DNA of 64,000 nucleotides from Octopus bimaculoides. Lineage: Eukaryota. Below, one piece after another: positions 10,783 to 23,200 of the stretch. How positions within the stretch are numbered: the first letter of the stretch is position 1; each line of letters starts with the position of its first letter. The notes under the pieces were generated by a model. The model searched no databases. It was given only the letters and a program-made list of their open reading frames with translations, and was not told where the DNA came from. The position numbers and the translations under genes are program-made. The stretch spans positions 56,283,210-56,347,209 of the forward strand of contig NC_068993.1 of NCBI RefSeq assembly GCF_001194135.2. The letters run 5' to 3'.

Positions 10783-13700
10783 TTAATATACCATATCTCG
10801 TGTCCCTCGTTTCTTTTTCTTTGTGTGGCCATCGTTACAGTTGATGATGTTGTTGTTATTATTATTGATATTGTAATTATTATCATTATTATTATGAATG
10901 TTGTTGTTGTTGTGGTTAACCATGTTGCTGGTGTTGTGATGAAGCGGAGGGTTGAGTTCCTTTTTGCGTTTGGCTTTCAGGTTGTTAATGTCCCTCGTCG
11001 TCAGCTGTTTGCCAGTCACATTACAGATATACTCTCGGATGTTCTTAGTCTTCATTCCAATGTCTATTAGCCGATATGTCTCCGCGAGGACATGGGGTGA
11101 CAGAGACTGCCTGCGGTTCTCAGGGTACATGTGACCCAGCATCTGATGTGAATGGTTTAAATTGATGGATCGTATCACCATCCTCTGTTTCTCTCGGTCA
11201 ACTGATGCAGCAATTAGAGCAGGACATCCAGTTTTATATGTTCTGAAATTCAAAAGGGAAAACAGGTTGTTATTATTATTATTATCAAGGCAGTGAGCTG
11301 GCAGAATTGTTATAATGCTGGGTGAAATGGTTAGTGGTATTTCACCCATAGACACATTCTGGGTTCAAATTCTGCTGCGGCTGACTTTGCCTTTCATCTT
11401 ACATAATAAATTAAGTACCAGTGAAACACTGGGGTCAATGTAATCAACTCGTCCCCTCCCCCAAAATTTCAGGCATTGTGCTTTTAGCAGAAAGGATTAT
11501 TATGGCAGCTGACTGGACTGGAGCAACATGAAATGAAGTGTTTTGCTCAAGAACACGAGTCGCCGGGTCCAGGAATCGAAACCACAATCTTACGATCATA
11601 ATGCTGAAATCCTAACCACTAAGCCACACACCTCTTGTTCGACCCATATAAGCAGAGAAAAGGTGTTAAAACGATAACGATTTATATTACATTCGCATGT
11701 GGAGTGCGATGCAGTGGTTGACAGAGGAAATCTCTTTTACGGTTTATTGTCTGAACTACTTTTGTAACTCGAGAAGTTTTCACTACGATTGTAGCGGTTG
11801 AGAGGGAGTCGAATATGGTTCATATGCTGAGGTGGCGTTTTCTTAACAGAATAACACAAACTCCAGATTGGAGACATGCAGTAACAATTAAGGTCAGATG
11901 GAAACTCTATATATGATAATTGGTTACAAGTTTTGGTTCAAGTCCAGCAGTTTCGGGGAGGGGGGGGGGCTAAGTTGGTTACATCGACCCCAGTACGCAA
12001 CTGGTATTTATTTTATCGACCTCGAAAGGATAAAAGGCAAACTCGACTTCGACGGAATTTTAACTCAGAACGTCCAGACGGACGAAATGCTGCTAAGCAT
12101 TTTGTCCGGCGTGCTGACGATTCTGCCAGCTCGCCACCTTGTTTGTATATGATAATTAAGATCCTTTTTTTTTTTTTAACATTAAGCACAAACTGAAGGC
12201 AAGTATGGTAACAGATGAGGTTTAGTGAAACGAGAGTTCATATAATTCGTGGCCTTTCCTAACACAAAACCCAGGCTAAACATTAATCATGACGAAATTT
12301 AATGAAAGTTTATCAAATATGCCGATCTTTCCAAACACTAACACTAGAATGAAGAGAATGGTGGTACCGCAATGTGAAGCAAATCAAGCCAGATTCAACA
12401 TCCCTAGAATCAAACACATCTAGAACCATTCCGTCGCTCAAATTATTTAGATATAGTTTGTACAGAACTACGTTATCATACGTGTCCTTTTTTTTTTTTT
12501 TAATAATTCCATTTTACCAACGTTTGTACTTACTATTTGATAACACAGGTAATAATTAGTTTCTTTCAATCTACTGTTTCACTTCTATATGAATGGTAGC
12601 TATCTGTCTAAATACCTGTGTATCTATGTACTAATCATTAATAATATCCGCCAGTCTTTCCATACATATAGCAACATGTCTAAATGATAATAAATTTATC
12701 TGCCTATCTACATAACTATAGATTACACATACACACACAACAACACATAACTATCTACAACATTTGAAACGTATTCGTAGAAAATTTCAGCAAAGAAATA
12801 TCCATTTTTCAGAAAATTATTAGAAAACAGTGTTGGGTGTGAAGAACACACGTCTGTAATCACACACACACAGAGTATTAAGAATAAAATCTTATATCGA
12901 CACCCATGCTTCGTTTTAAGGATATAAAAAGTTAACAACGAGTGATTAACAACAGGTGGGAAAGAGAAAGAGAAAGAGAGACAACAACAGACAGGTATAG
13001 ATTGATCGAGAAGAAGAAAACACCACATGAGATATCTCGCACTAAAAAGAAAAAAAAATCGTGTGTTGCAACCACATGGTTCCAGGTTCGATCCCACTGC
13101 ATGGTATTTTAGGCAAGTGTATTCTGATACAGCCTTGGGTTCACCAACACCATCGAATGAAATTTGCTGAACGGAAACTGCGTCGGAACCCATCGGAGGA
13201 ACCGTTCTTGTTTTGTGTGGAAGTGTGTGTGCGTGTGTGTTTATGTTTACGCTAGTCTAAAACCGGTGTTGCTTATGTTGTGTCCTTTTATGTTCCGTAA
13301 CTTAGCAATTCAACAATAGAGATTGATAGATGAAGTACAGTGGTCAATATGATAATGAAACCAGTAAAAGAAAAAGAATATAAAGAAATGGACGAAATAC
13401 TTTTGGTTGGGTCGTATACCAGGTAAGGTCCGCCGTCTTGAATAACCAAATTGTTTACAAACATATTTGACATATTTGTATTTGAACTTCTCGTCTAAAG
13501 GTTCAACTTTGACACATCGGGATCGGTTAGCTTTGGCAATTGTTTGACAGTCATGGATGGTGAACACAGCATTTGTTAGCTTACAGACAGCTGCTATGGC
13601 AGAAGACAGGGCAGAAAAGTCTTCGAACTCATCACCAGCATTGAGTAAATCCCGACAAGCTTCGTTTGCCCCAATCTCAATCAGAGCTTTGCTCACAAGT

Positions 13701-13966
13701 AAATCCTCGCTAAATTTGTCCGAGCTCTGCTCGTGCTGATGTTGTGGTTGATGGTGGTATTGTTGTTGTTGATGATGATGTTGGTATTGTTGCTGTTGTT
13801 GTTGTTGTTCGAGTGTGGTTGTAGTGAGGACAGTGCCCGCCAGAACGTCAGCGGCCGAGGTGGATGACAGTTGCTGTTGAGGTATGACCACCAGTTCGGT
13901 GACCGATGTTGGAGTTGCAGTTGATTGTTCGGTGGTGAGAAGGCTTACACTCTCTGTCGTTGCCAT
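10783..13966 (-). CDS. Mutator/MULE-derived ZSWIM3_N/FAR1-type DNA-binding-domain protein; exons 13966-13401 and 11242-10792 (or read on to stop at 10783)
   Basis: ATG at 13966 in strong context (aaagATGg) with an in-frame TGA upstream; the ORF-track start at 13987 is a TTG. Donor CAAAA|gtattt at 13400, acceptor ttcag|11242. The join gives AGDEFEDFSALSSAI...FTIHDCQTI...YKYVKYVCKQFG...RPNQKTYKTGCPALI...IRSINLNHSH, the Cys/Cys/His/His pattern of MULE/FAR1/ZSWIM3 N-terminal domains. It is followed by an HTH-like segment (GKQLTTRDINNLK), poly-Q/H and poly-N tracts, and KKKKR. Confidence 0.8.
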
Positions 13967-14137
13967 CTTTGCATGGACAGGGTCCAAGAAGAGCCCTGGT
14001 CAAGGTAATGCTTCCACTGAAGGTGTAAATAAGTGGCCTGGCCGTGAAACTGCTCCAATGATCAACCGGTGTGGAACAGGAATGAAGAGGTCCTCTTAAA
14101 GACATTAGAGAGAGAAAACAAGAGTTATCCCACATTT

Positions 14138-14146
14138 ACTTCCGGT
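14138..14146 (-). promoter_or_regulatory. ETS/GABP-type site ACCGGAAGT about 170 bp upstream of the ATG at 13966
   Basis: Exact ACTTCCGGT on the + strand in a locally CpG-containing segment. Function not shown. Confidence 0.4.
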
Positions 14147-14905
14147 CAGTTCACAGCACAACGTAACCGGGTCATTTCATCTTAGTTGTTTGTTTTCTCC
14201 TTTTCTTCGTTAATTATTTAATTATTTTATTCTTTGCTTGCAAGTTTTTGTAAATTACTTTTCTTTTTGCTTCTAAATTGATTTGTTTAAGAATTTTGTT
14301 TGTAAATTTTATTTAATCATTGTGTGTGTATTATGTTTAAGTGGAGGCGCAATGGTCCAGTGGTTAGGGCAGCGGACTCGCGGTTTCGGTTCCCAGACCG
14401 GGTGTTGTGAGTGTCTATTGAGTGAAAACACCTAATGATCCACGAGGCTCCTGCTGTACTCTTTCACCACAACTTTCTTTCACTCTTACTTCCTGTTTCT
14501 GTTGTGCCTGTATTTCAAAGGGTCTTCATTTGGTCACGTTCCATGAGAGTGTCTTGCTCAGACCATGAACATTTCAGCCGACCCTCATAATAATAAGAAT
14601 TATTATCATACCTGCATTTGTTTTAATGTTAACATTGAAAAGAATCCACATTTTTCATTAAAAAAAAATTTGGACCTGGGTTTGCACCCCCTCCTAAGCG
14701 AATTTTGTTGCTGGGCTATCGCACACACGTGCAACCTTTTTCAAGAAGCAGGCTGCATGAGACATGCCTCATCAAGCGAGCCGCACTACTGTAGAAGATT
14801 AAAGGCAATTTTTTGTTAGGCGTGCCATTCTGAAAGTACAGCAGGTTGCAGTCAGCCTATAGATGTTTGTACATTACACAGGTAACGTCTGACACAGACA
14901 ACTAA

Positions 14906-14931
14906 GTAAACAGTGACGTCATAACCACGTG
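14906..14931. promoter_or_regulatory. Clustered forkhead (GTAAACA), CRE (TGACGTCA) and E-box (CACGTG) motifs
   Basis: GTAAACA 14906-14912, TGACGTCA 14914-14921, CACGTG 14926-14931, lying between the divergently oriented minus-strand locus and the RRM gene. Confidence 0.35.
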
Positions 14932-16704
14932 CTCTGCACTATATGGTGGGAAAACAACATTGACCTACACGTTTATCTTTGAAGAAAAGAAAACCGTAAA
15001 CATTTTATGCAGCATAACAAGTTAAAGGAAAATTACGTACGATATAATCGGAATCTACATCATTTGAAAAGTATTTACAGAAAATTTTATTCAAAAATAT
15101 CCCTTTTACTGGCTTTTAGGGGAGCACCTTGTGTAGGTATACCTGAATATACACATACATACAATTGTCTATCCGTGAGCGTGTGTAGAGCGAAAAAATA
15201 ATTTAGCGGCGTAGAATCTACAATATTTTTGTTTTCCTTTTCGTTGTACTTAGATAACTTCCGAAACTCTTCTAGCTTCAGCATGTTTTATCCTTCCAAC
15301 TTCAGCATGTTTATTCCGAAACTCTATCCAACTTCATCATGTTTGTTTCCCCACCTCATTTCCTTTTAATACTGCTTCCTTTGTCGTATAAGAAAATACG
15401 ATGCCGAGACGAAGCTGAAAATGTTTATATACTACTCTTATATACAATACTTAAACACACACACACATTGCGAAACCGTGTCGCTCAACGCATGTAAAAG
15501 ATTACCCCTTGTTTCTCCGAATCCGAAATATCACTCATCTTACATTTGTGTGTTCGTTCAAACAACACACTTGTCATATAATATGCACTTTCTCATTTGT
15601 TGTTTTGTCTCAGATTAACCATTATGGACCGTTAAATGTTTTTAACGAGTCCTTTTCTAGTCTGTAGTGCTCTTTCAGAGAAATTTGGCTGCGGTTTTTG
15701 GCAGGTCAAGAAACCGCGTACAACAGGCATAAAACAGCACCAGGCTGGTCGCACTACTGAATAAATTGAAAGCAATTTGCCGTTAGGTGTAGCATTCCGA
15801 AAATGCCGTGGACTTCCTGAATGGCACATCTAACGATGTTGAAACTTCTTACAAAATACAGGCATCGATATGGGGTTAAGAAGCTCGCTTTGCAATCACT
15901 TGGTTTCAGGTTCAGTCCTATCGCGCGACACTTTAGGCAAGGGTCTTCTGCTAAAGTTCTGGGCCCCATCACCGCTTGACATCCGTGTTGGTTTGTTTAT
16001 CGACAAAAGTGACCGATAGAATCAGTATCAGACTTAAAAGTAAGGGGCTACTTTTTCGAATCCCCGCTCCTATAACTTTTGAACCAGTAATAAAAATAAA
16101 AATAAAAATTCAGATTCATGTTTTCGATATCGGAGAGTTCGCTGCCTTTCAGTTTCCGTCTACCAAATCCATTCAAAATGCTTTGGTCGGCCCGAGGCTT
16201 TAGTAGAAGACACTTGCCCAAAGTGCCACGCAGTGGGACTGAATCCGGAACCATGTGGTCAGTAAGCAAGCTACTTTATTTCATAAATATTTGCCATAAA
16301 GGCATTACAAAGAGTGGACGAACAAGGACAGACAAACATAAAAAGGGTGAAGTAGCTGTATCGATTAAATATTTACAATTTTAAATATACAATAATAATT
16401 TGATTATATTTACAATGTTCGATTAAAGCATTGTTCATTACAGATGCAAGCTACTTATAGCACAGCCACTTCTACGCTTATATAAACACAATTTAAGTTC
16501 ATTATTCAATTATGAACTTTATTGATGTCAATTGCTTGACTCAACAGCAACAGTTGATGTTTGTTGCACGTGTAAACCGAAATATGAAATTGACAAAGGA
16601 AAGTTTGAGATGGAGATGTAGAAGGCCGTGTAGAAAGTAGACAAGTTTGAGAGGCGACACATTCTTTGTCAATAGTAACCTGGATGTAAGGGAAATTTAG
16701 CATA

Positions 16705-17097
16705 TACTCTTTTACTTGTTTCAGTCATTTGACTGCGGCCATGCTGGAGCACCGCCTTTTAGTCAAGCAAATCGACCCCAGGACTTATTCTTTGTAAGCC
16801 TAGTACTTATTCTATCGGTCTCTTTTGCCGAACCGCTAAGTTACGGGGACGTAAACACACCAGCATCGGTTGTCAAGCAATGGTGGGGGGACAAACACAG
16901 ACACACAAACACACACACATATATATATATACACATATACGACGGGCTTCTTTCAGTTTCCGTCTACCAAATCCACTCACAAGGCTTTGGTCGGCCTGAG
17001 GCTATAGTAGAAGACACTTGCCAAAGGTACCACGCACTGGGACTGAACCCGGAACGATGTGGTTGGTAAGCAAACTACTTACCACACAGCCACTCCC
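16705..17097 (-). mobile_element. SINE family A, full length
   Basis: Complete body, microsatellite and head. Confidence 0.9.
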
Positions 17098-17751
17098 TCC
17101 GTGACATGTGCGCAGTTGTTCCACTTTTTTCCAGAAAAAATGTTTTTAAAAGTTTTTAGAGGTTTAAAGTTTGATAGTTTTCACGCAACCAGGAAACAGG
17201 ATTTGGNNNNNNNNNNNNNNNNNNNNNNNNNNNNNNNNNNNNNNNNNNNNNNNNNNNNNNNNNNNNNNNNNNNNNNNNNNNNNNNNNNNNNNNNNNNNNN
17301 NNNNNNNNNNNNNNNNNNNNNNNNNNNNNNNNNNNNNNNNNNNNNNNNNNNNNNNNNNNNNNNNNNNNNNNNNNNNNNNNNNNNNNNNNNNNNNNNNNNN
17401 NNNNNNNNNNNNNNNNNNNNNNNNNNNNNNNNNNNNNNNNNNNNNNNNNNNNNNNNNNNNNNNNNNNNNNNNNNNNNNNNNNNNNNNNNNNNNNNNNNNN
17501 NNNNNNNNNNNNNNNNNNNNNNNNNNNNNNNNNNNNNNNNNNNNNNNNNNNNNNNNNNNNNNNNNNNNNNNNNNNNNNNNNNNNNNNNNNNNNNNNNNNN
17601 NNNNNNNNNNNNNNNNNNNNNNNNNNNNNNNNNNNNNNNNNNNNNNNNNNNNNNNNNNNNNNNNNNNNNNNNNNNNNNNNNNNNNNNNNNNNNNNNNNNN
17701 NNNNNNNNNNNNNNNNNNNNNNNNNNNNNNNNCTCTCTCTCTCTCTTTCTA

Positions 17752-17805
<54 letters not shown>

Positions 17806-18877
17806 GTACGGCAAGCAGCATATTTGATTCCCAAAACTCAGTAAAGATACTATTAAAACCAGAAAATTGTAAGTAAATTTGTATTAATAACAACACTTAA
17901 ATATATTGAATGAATGTGTTTAAAGCTAAGTGAAATTCTTCGTCCCATTTCACTGTTAATATTCATTAATTTGTCACCTGGCGATCGTAAAAAACGAGAA
18001 GGAAACGAAGAAATGTTGTCACTGAAAAATGCAAATTCTTTTAATGTAATTCTTCCTCGATATGCTTGCAAGGTTGTAGATTACAACTGTTTGATAACTT
18101 CGAGGGAAGAAATTGTGGAGGGAACTTAGATTATTCTTTCTTCAGCCGCTCCGACTTTGTTACCTCTCAAGTTCCGTAACTTAAATCTTTTCCACTTCCC
18201 TTTTTTTCTTTCCCTCTCCTGAATTCAAAAGCTTGAAACGGCAACATTGCGTAATCTACGTTCTCGAAAATGTATCTCTGCAGAATATCATTTAAAAATA
18301 TAGATTTTAAGGATATCTATGAAGAAACAAAGTCGTGAGATAGCAGTATGATCGCCCCCCTCCCCCATTAAAAAAATTGTGATGTTATTTTATTAACGAG
18401 CGTATCTCTGCAAAATTCCAGGGGAAAAAAATGCATTTTTTAGAAAGTTTTGAAGAAACATACAACCAATCAGAGCTCAACTATCAAACTAATTTGGGAG
18501 CTCATAAGAAGTGATGGGCGATAAGATAAGGTCACTTGAGTAAGGAGTGACCATGCTTCTTTTCTCTTTTAAGAATGGTTTTCTTCCTTTTATATCTCTG
18601 AAGAATGGTTATACAGCTTCAATATGATTACCATTTTAATTTCATTCATATAAGTTACATAATCATGACAGCTATAAGACTTTGTCCTTTCTTTGGTCTC
18701 TAGATATCATTTAAAATTTTTAATTGTTGATATGACATAGTGTGTCACATGTGTTTGTATATTGTCTTTATTCTCCTTTTGGTTGAAAAATAAACAGGTT
18801 AATTAACAGAGTACAGTGTCTACAAGTTGATGAGTACCACATATTCCCCTCCATTTTCTTATTGCTATATATAGGTT

Positions 18878-19966
18878 GCCCCTGGGAGCTCCTCTATGCT
18901 GATGACCTTGCACTAATTGCGCAGTCACTATCAGAACTAGAGAAGTTTAAGGTGTGGAAGCAAGGACTAGAATCGAAGGGCCTTAGAGTCAACCTAGCAA
19001 AAACCAAAATCCTAATAAGTAGGAAGGTAGATAAAACACAAGCCCCTTCAGGTAGATGGCCCTGCTCAGTATGCAGTAAAGGAGTAGGTAGTAACTCTAT
19101 AAGATGTACCCGGTGTAAGCTATGGACACATAAGAGGTGCAGCAATATCAAAGGCAGATTAACTACAAAGTTAGTCTTTGNNNNNNNNNNNNNNNNNNNN
19201 NNNNNNNNNNNNNNNNNNNNNNNNNNNNNNNNNNNNNNNNNNNNNNNNNNNNNNNNNNNNNNNNNNNNNNNNNNNNNNNNNNNNNNNNNNNNNNNNNNNN
19301 NNNNNNNNNNNNNNNNNNNNNNNNNNNNNNNNNNNNNNNNNNNNNNNNNNNNNNNNNNNNNNNNNNNNNNNNNNNNNNNNNNNNNNNNNNNNNNNNNNNN
19401 NNNNNNNNNNNNNNNNNNNNNNNNNNNNNNNNNNNNNNNNNNNNNNNNNNNNNNNNNNNNNNNNNNNNNNNNNNNNNNNNNNNNNNNNNNNNNNNNNNNN
19501 NNNNNNNNNNNNNNNNNNNNNNNNNNNNNNNNNNNNNNNNNNNNNNNNNNNNNNNNNNNNNNNNNNNNNNNNNNNNNNNNNNNNNNNNNNNNNNNNNNNN
19601 NNNNNNNNNNNNNNNNNNNNNNNNNNNNNNNNNNNNNNNNNNNNNNNNNNNNNNNNNNNNNNNNNNNNNNNNNNNNNNNNNNNNNNNNNNNNNNNNNNNN
19701 NNNNNNNNNNNNNNNAGTGCCCCTGGACTGGCTCTTGTGCGGGTGGCACATAAAAGACACCATTTCGAGCGTGGCCGTTTTTGTGCGGGTGACACGTAAA
19801 AGCACCCACTACACTCTCTGAGTGGTTGGCGTTAGGAAGGGCATCCAGCTGTAGAAACTCTGCCAAATTAGATTGGAGCCTGGTGTAGCCATCTGGTTGC
19901 ACCAGTCCTCAGTCAAATCGTCCAACCCATGCTAGCATGGAAAGCGGACATTAAACGATGATGATG

Positions 19967-19970
<4 letters not shown>
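18878..19970 (+). mobile_element. 5'-truncated RTE-X-like LINE (RT C-terminus plus Cys/His finger, N gap 19181-19715, then 3' UTR and (ATG)n tail)
   Basis: CPWELLYADDLALIA...GLRVNLAKTK...WPCSVCSKGVGSNSIRCTRCKLWTHKRCS. After the gap comes the repeat tail gttaggaagggcatccagctgtagaaac...catgctagcatggaaagcggacattaaacgatgatgat. Confidence 0.8.
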
Positions 19971-19999
<29 letters not shown>

Positions 20000-20258
20000 T
20001 ATATGTATGTATATGTCTACATGTATAACCACATACGTATTTACTGAAGAGAGAGTGTGTGTGTGAGGGAAAGTTGCAAACCAAACTGGAAGTTATGTTA
20101 CAAACTGATTTGACCAAAATTATTATAGCAATATGTTTTAGCCAACTGTTATACATGCTTTATTCTTTACACGAGTCTCTTACAGTATAGTGTCCTTTAG
20201 AACTACCCTCACTTCACATCTTGGCAACTCTTTGTACCTAACCATTTCTCTTTTGTAG

Positions 20259-23200
20259 AGTGTATTAGCAGCAAACGACAAAATTATGATGAACTCCAAA
20301 CCTAATCAAGTGTTTTCCTGCCATATTAAATATTTACCAGTTTCTGTAACCAAGGTATTTATTTGAACACATTTGTTTTCTATTATCTTTTTCTTTTACT
20401 TATTTCAGTCATTAGACTGTGGCCATACTGGGGCACCGCCTTGAGTTCTTAGTCGAATGTATCTGTAACAAGATTGGAAAGATGACACCAAATAGGCTAG
20501 GATAATGTGTATGTAAGAAGGTTTCAGATTTCAGTGTATGTGGATATAAGAAATATCAGAAGGAAATGTTTTCTTAATAAACATCACAATTCATTCCTTG
20601 ATGGTAAATCACACACGTAGTAGTAAGCACATCAAATCAACAGGGTGTATCGAGACACGAGTTAATTTCTTGATAATCATTAAGGGAGTTAGATTCAGTA
20701 TTTAGTTGCAAATCTAAAATATCCAATGTGCAGGAGTGGCTGGGTGGTAAGAAGCTTGCTTCCCAATCCCGTGGTTCCTGGTTCAGTCCCACTGCATGGC
20801 ACCTTGAGCAAGTGTCTTCTACTATAGCCTCAGGCCGACCAAAGTCTTGTGAGTGGATTTGGTAGACAGAAACTGAAAGAAGCCTGTCATATATCATCAT
20901 CATCATCATTTAATGTCCGCTTTCCATGCTAGCATGGGTTGGACGATTTGATTGAGGACTGGTGAACCAGATGGCTACACCAGGCTCCAATCTGATTTGG
21001 CAGAGTTTCTACAGCTGGATGCCCTTCCTAACACCAACCACTCCGAGAGTGTAGTGGGTGCTTTTTACGTGCCACTGGCATGAGGGCCAGTCCGGCGGTA
21101 CTGGCAATGGCCACAATCAAGTTGTGTTTTTTATGTGCCACACATACATACACGACAGGCTTCTTTTAGTCTTCATCAACCAAATCCATTCACAAGGCTT
21201 TGGTCGACCCGAGGCTATAGTAGAAGACACTTGTCCAAGGTGCCATGCAGTGGGACTGAACCTGGAACCACGGGATTGGGAAGCAAGCTTATTACCACAT
21301 AGCATACAAACTGATGTAGTACATAATGTAAACATTCAAACATTGCTGTGATCTTCCCAAATCCTGCTGCGTTTCGCATGCAGTTTTTGGTCTTCCAAAT
21401 TTGTCTTGGTGTATAAGTTGAACTATCTTATTTGACTGTAAATCCTGGAAGATGTGGTAGTCAGTGGGGGCAAGATCAGGTGAGTACGGTGGATTAAATC
21501 ATTTTCAAATCCTTTCTGATAATTTTCAAAGGGAATAAATTAATACTGTTCAAAATATTGTTTTATCTCAGAAATTTTAGCAACAGTTAATTCATTCGTT
21601 ATTTGATTCATGGAGTTTTTCCTTGTCAAAAGCATCGAACAGGGGTAGAGGACACATTGATATGTCAGCCATTACACATGCTATGTGGCTGAGCGAAAAT
21701 GCTAGTCAGCAAGCCCTTGAGTCATGGGAACAGGGTCATTTCTTTTGATTGTCTCACATGAGGTGCCCAGCAACAGTGAGAACAGCCAGTAGAATGGGTT
21801 TTTTTTACTTTTTTGCAATGGTTCTGATATTCCATTTAGTGGAATTTTGGTGAATGATCACCAAACCAAAAGTTCTTTCATTACAAAACCTAAGATTAGT
21901 AGCCTGAAAAATTGTTATCCTCCTCATCATTGTCATCACCATTGTTGTCATCATCATGATGTTTGTCTTCCCTGCTGACATCGGTCAGATGGTTTAACAG
22001 GAGTTGGCCAGGCCGGAGACTGCACCAAGCTCCACTCTTTTGGCATAGTTTTTACAGTTGGATGCTCTTCCTACTATTAAGAATAGTTTGTCATGGACGT
22101 TTGGATAGATTAGATATTGTGTTTTATTGTAAAAACTGTTGTTATCTTTATTTCAGAGTCAAGTTGCAGATATCTTCTCGGCCTACGATGATATTTTTGA
22201 AATCTATATCAGTGAAAGAGTGGTGGAACAGAATTACACATTTGGGTGAGAGAAACGTTCTTTACTTAAAGGATGGGGAACTTTATGTATTTATTGAGGT
22301 TTGTTAGCAAATGTTGGACAAATGGTACAAATTGATCCATATTGATATAGAGCATAGATTGGTTGAGAGGGTATATATATGTAGGGTTGCAGTGGTTACT
22401 AATCGTTGCTGTTGAAACATGTTTGTAGTATAGGGTTAGTTGATTATGTATTATATAAATCTTGATTAACAAGGTTGATCAATGGCAAGTCCCAAGATAT
22501 ATATGTAATGAGAATGTGGAAGTAAACAGTGTAGTTTATTATAGTTTTACAGTGTCTGTGCTACTACCCTGTCCCCAAGATGACAAGGATATCAACACCA
22601 GACTCTTCTAATTGTTTTATTTGACAGTTTTGTCAGATTTAAGAGCCAAGCATCAGCCAACCATGCAGTGAAGTTTGTAACGGGAAAAACGCTGAATGGA
22701 CAAAAATTGCTTGTCTCTCATGCGAAACCATCAGGTAAATATTCAAACACCTTTACGCATCTATCCCCTTTCTTCTCTTTCCTTTTTCATCCTCTTAGCA
22801 AGACAACTATCTCTCTCCCTCTTTTATACTTTTTAACCTTCTCATAAACTGACACAAAGCCACCTCCCTCAATACTACTCTCCTCACCTGTCAATTGAGG
22901 GGTCTTTGTATTGCTAGTTAATATGGTGACCCCCTACTGGTGCTGGCACCACAAAAAAAAAAAGCACCTACCACACTCTGTAAAATGGTTGGTGTTTGGA
23001 AGGGTGTCCAGCTGTAGAAACCATTCCAGAGCAGACAACAAATTTTGGTACACTTCCTTGGCATACCAGCTTCTGTGAAACTGTCCAACCCATGCCAGCA
23101 TAGAAGGCAGATGTTAAATGATGACAATGATGATGAATCTTTTATTGTTTTATTTGGTCTGCTGTCATAATGTAGCATTGCTTTCAAAAGCTTTTAAAAA

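Noticed and set aside
17914-18129. Candidate upstream coding exon of the RRM gene (MLSLKNANSF...ACK|gttgta)
   Set aside because: Weak donor and no homology support; the 5' end is left unresolved.
21414-21479. Strong donor CAG|gtgagt at 21480 inside the RRM gene intron
   Set aside because: No convincing acceptor, and inclusion would interrupt the RRM between beta1 and helix 1. It could still be a cryptic exon.
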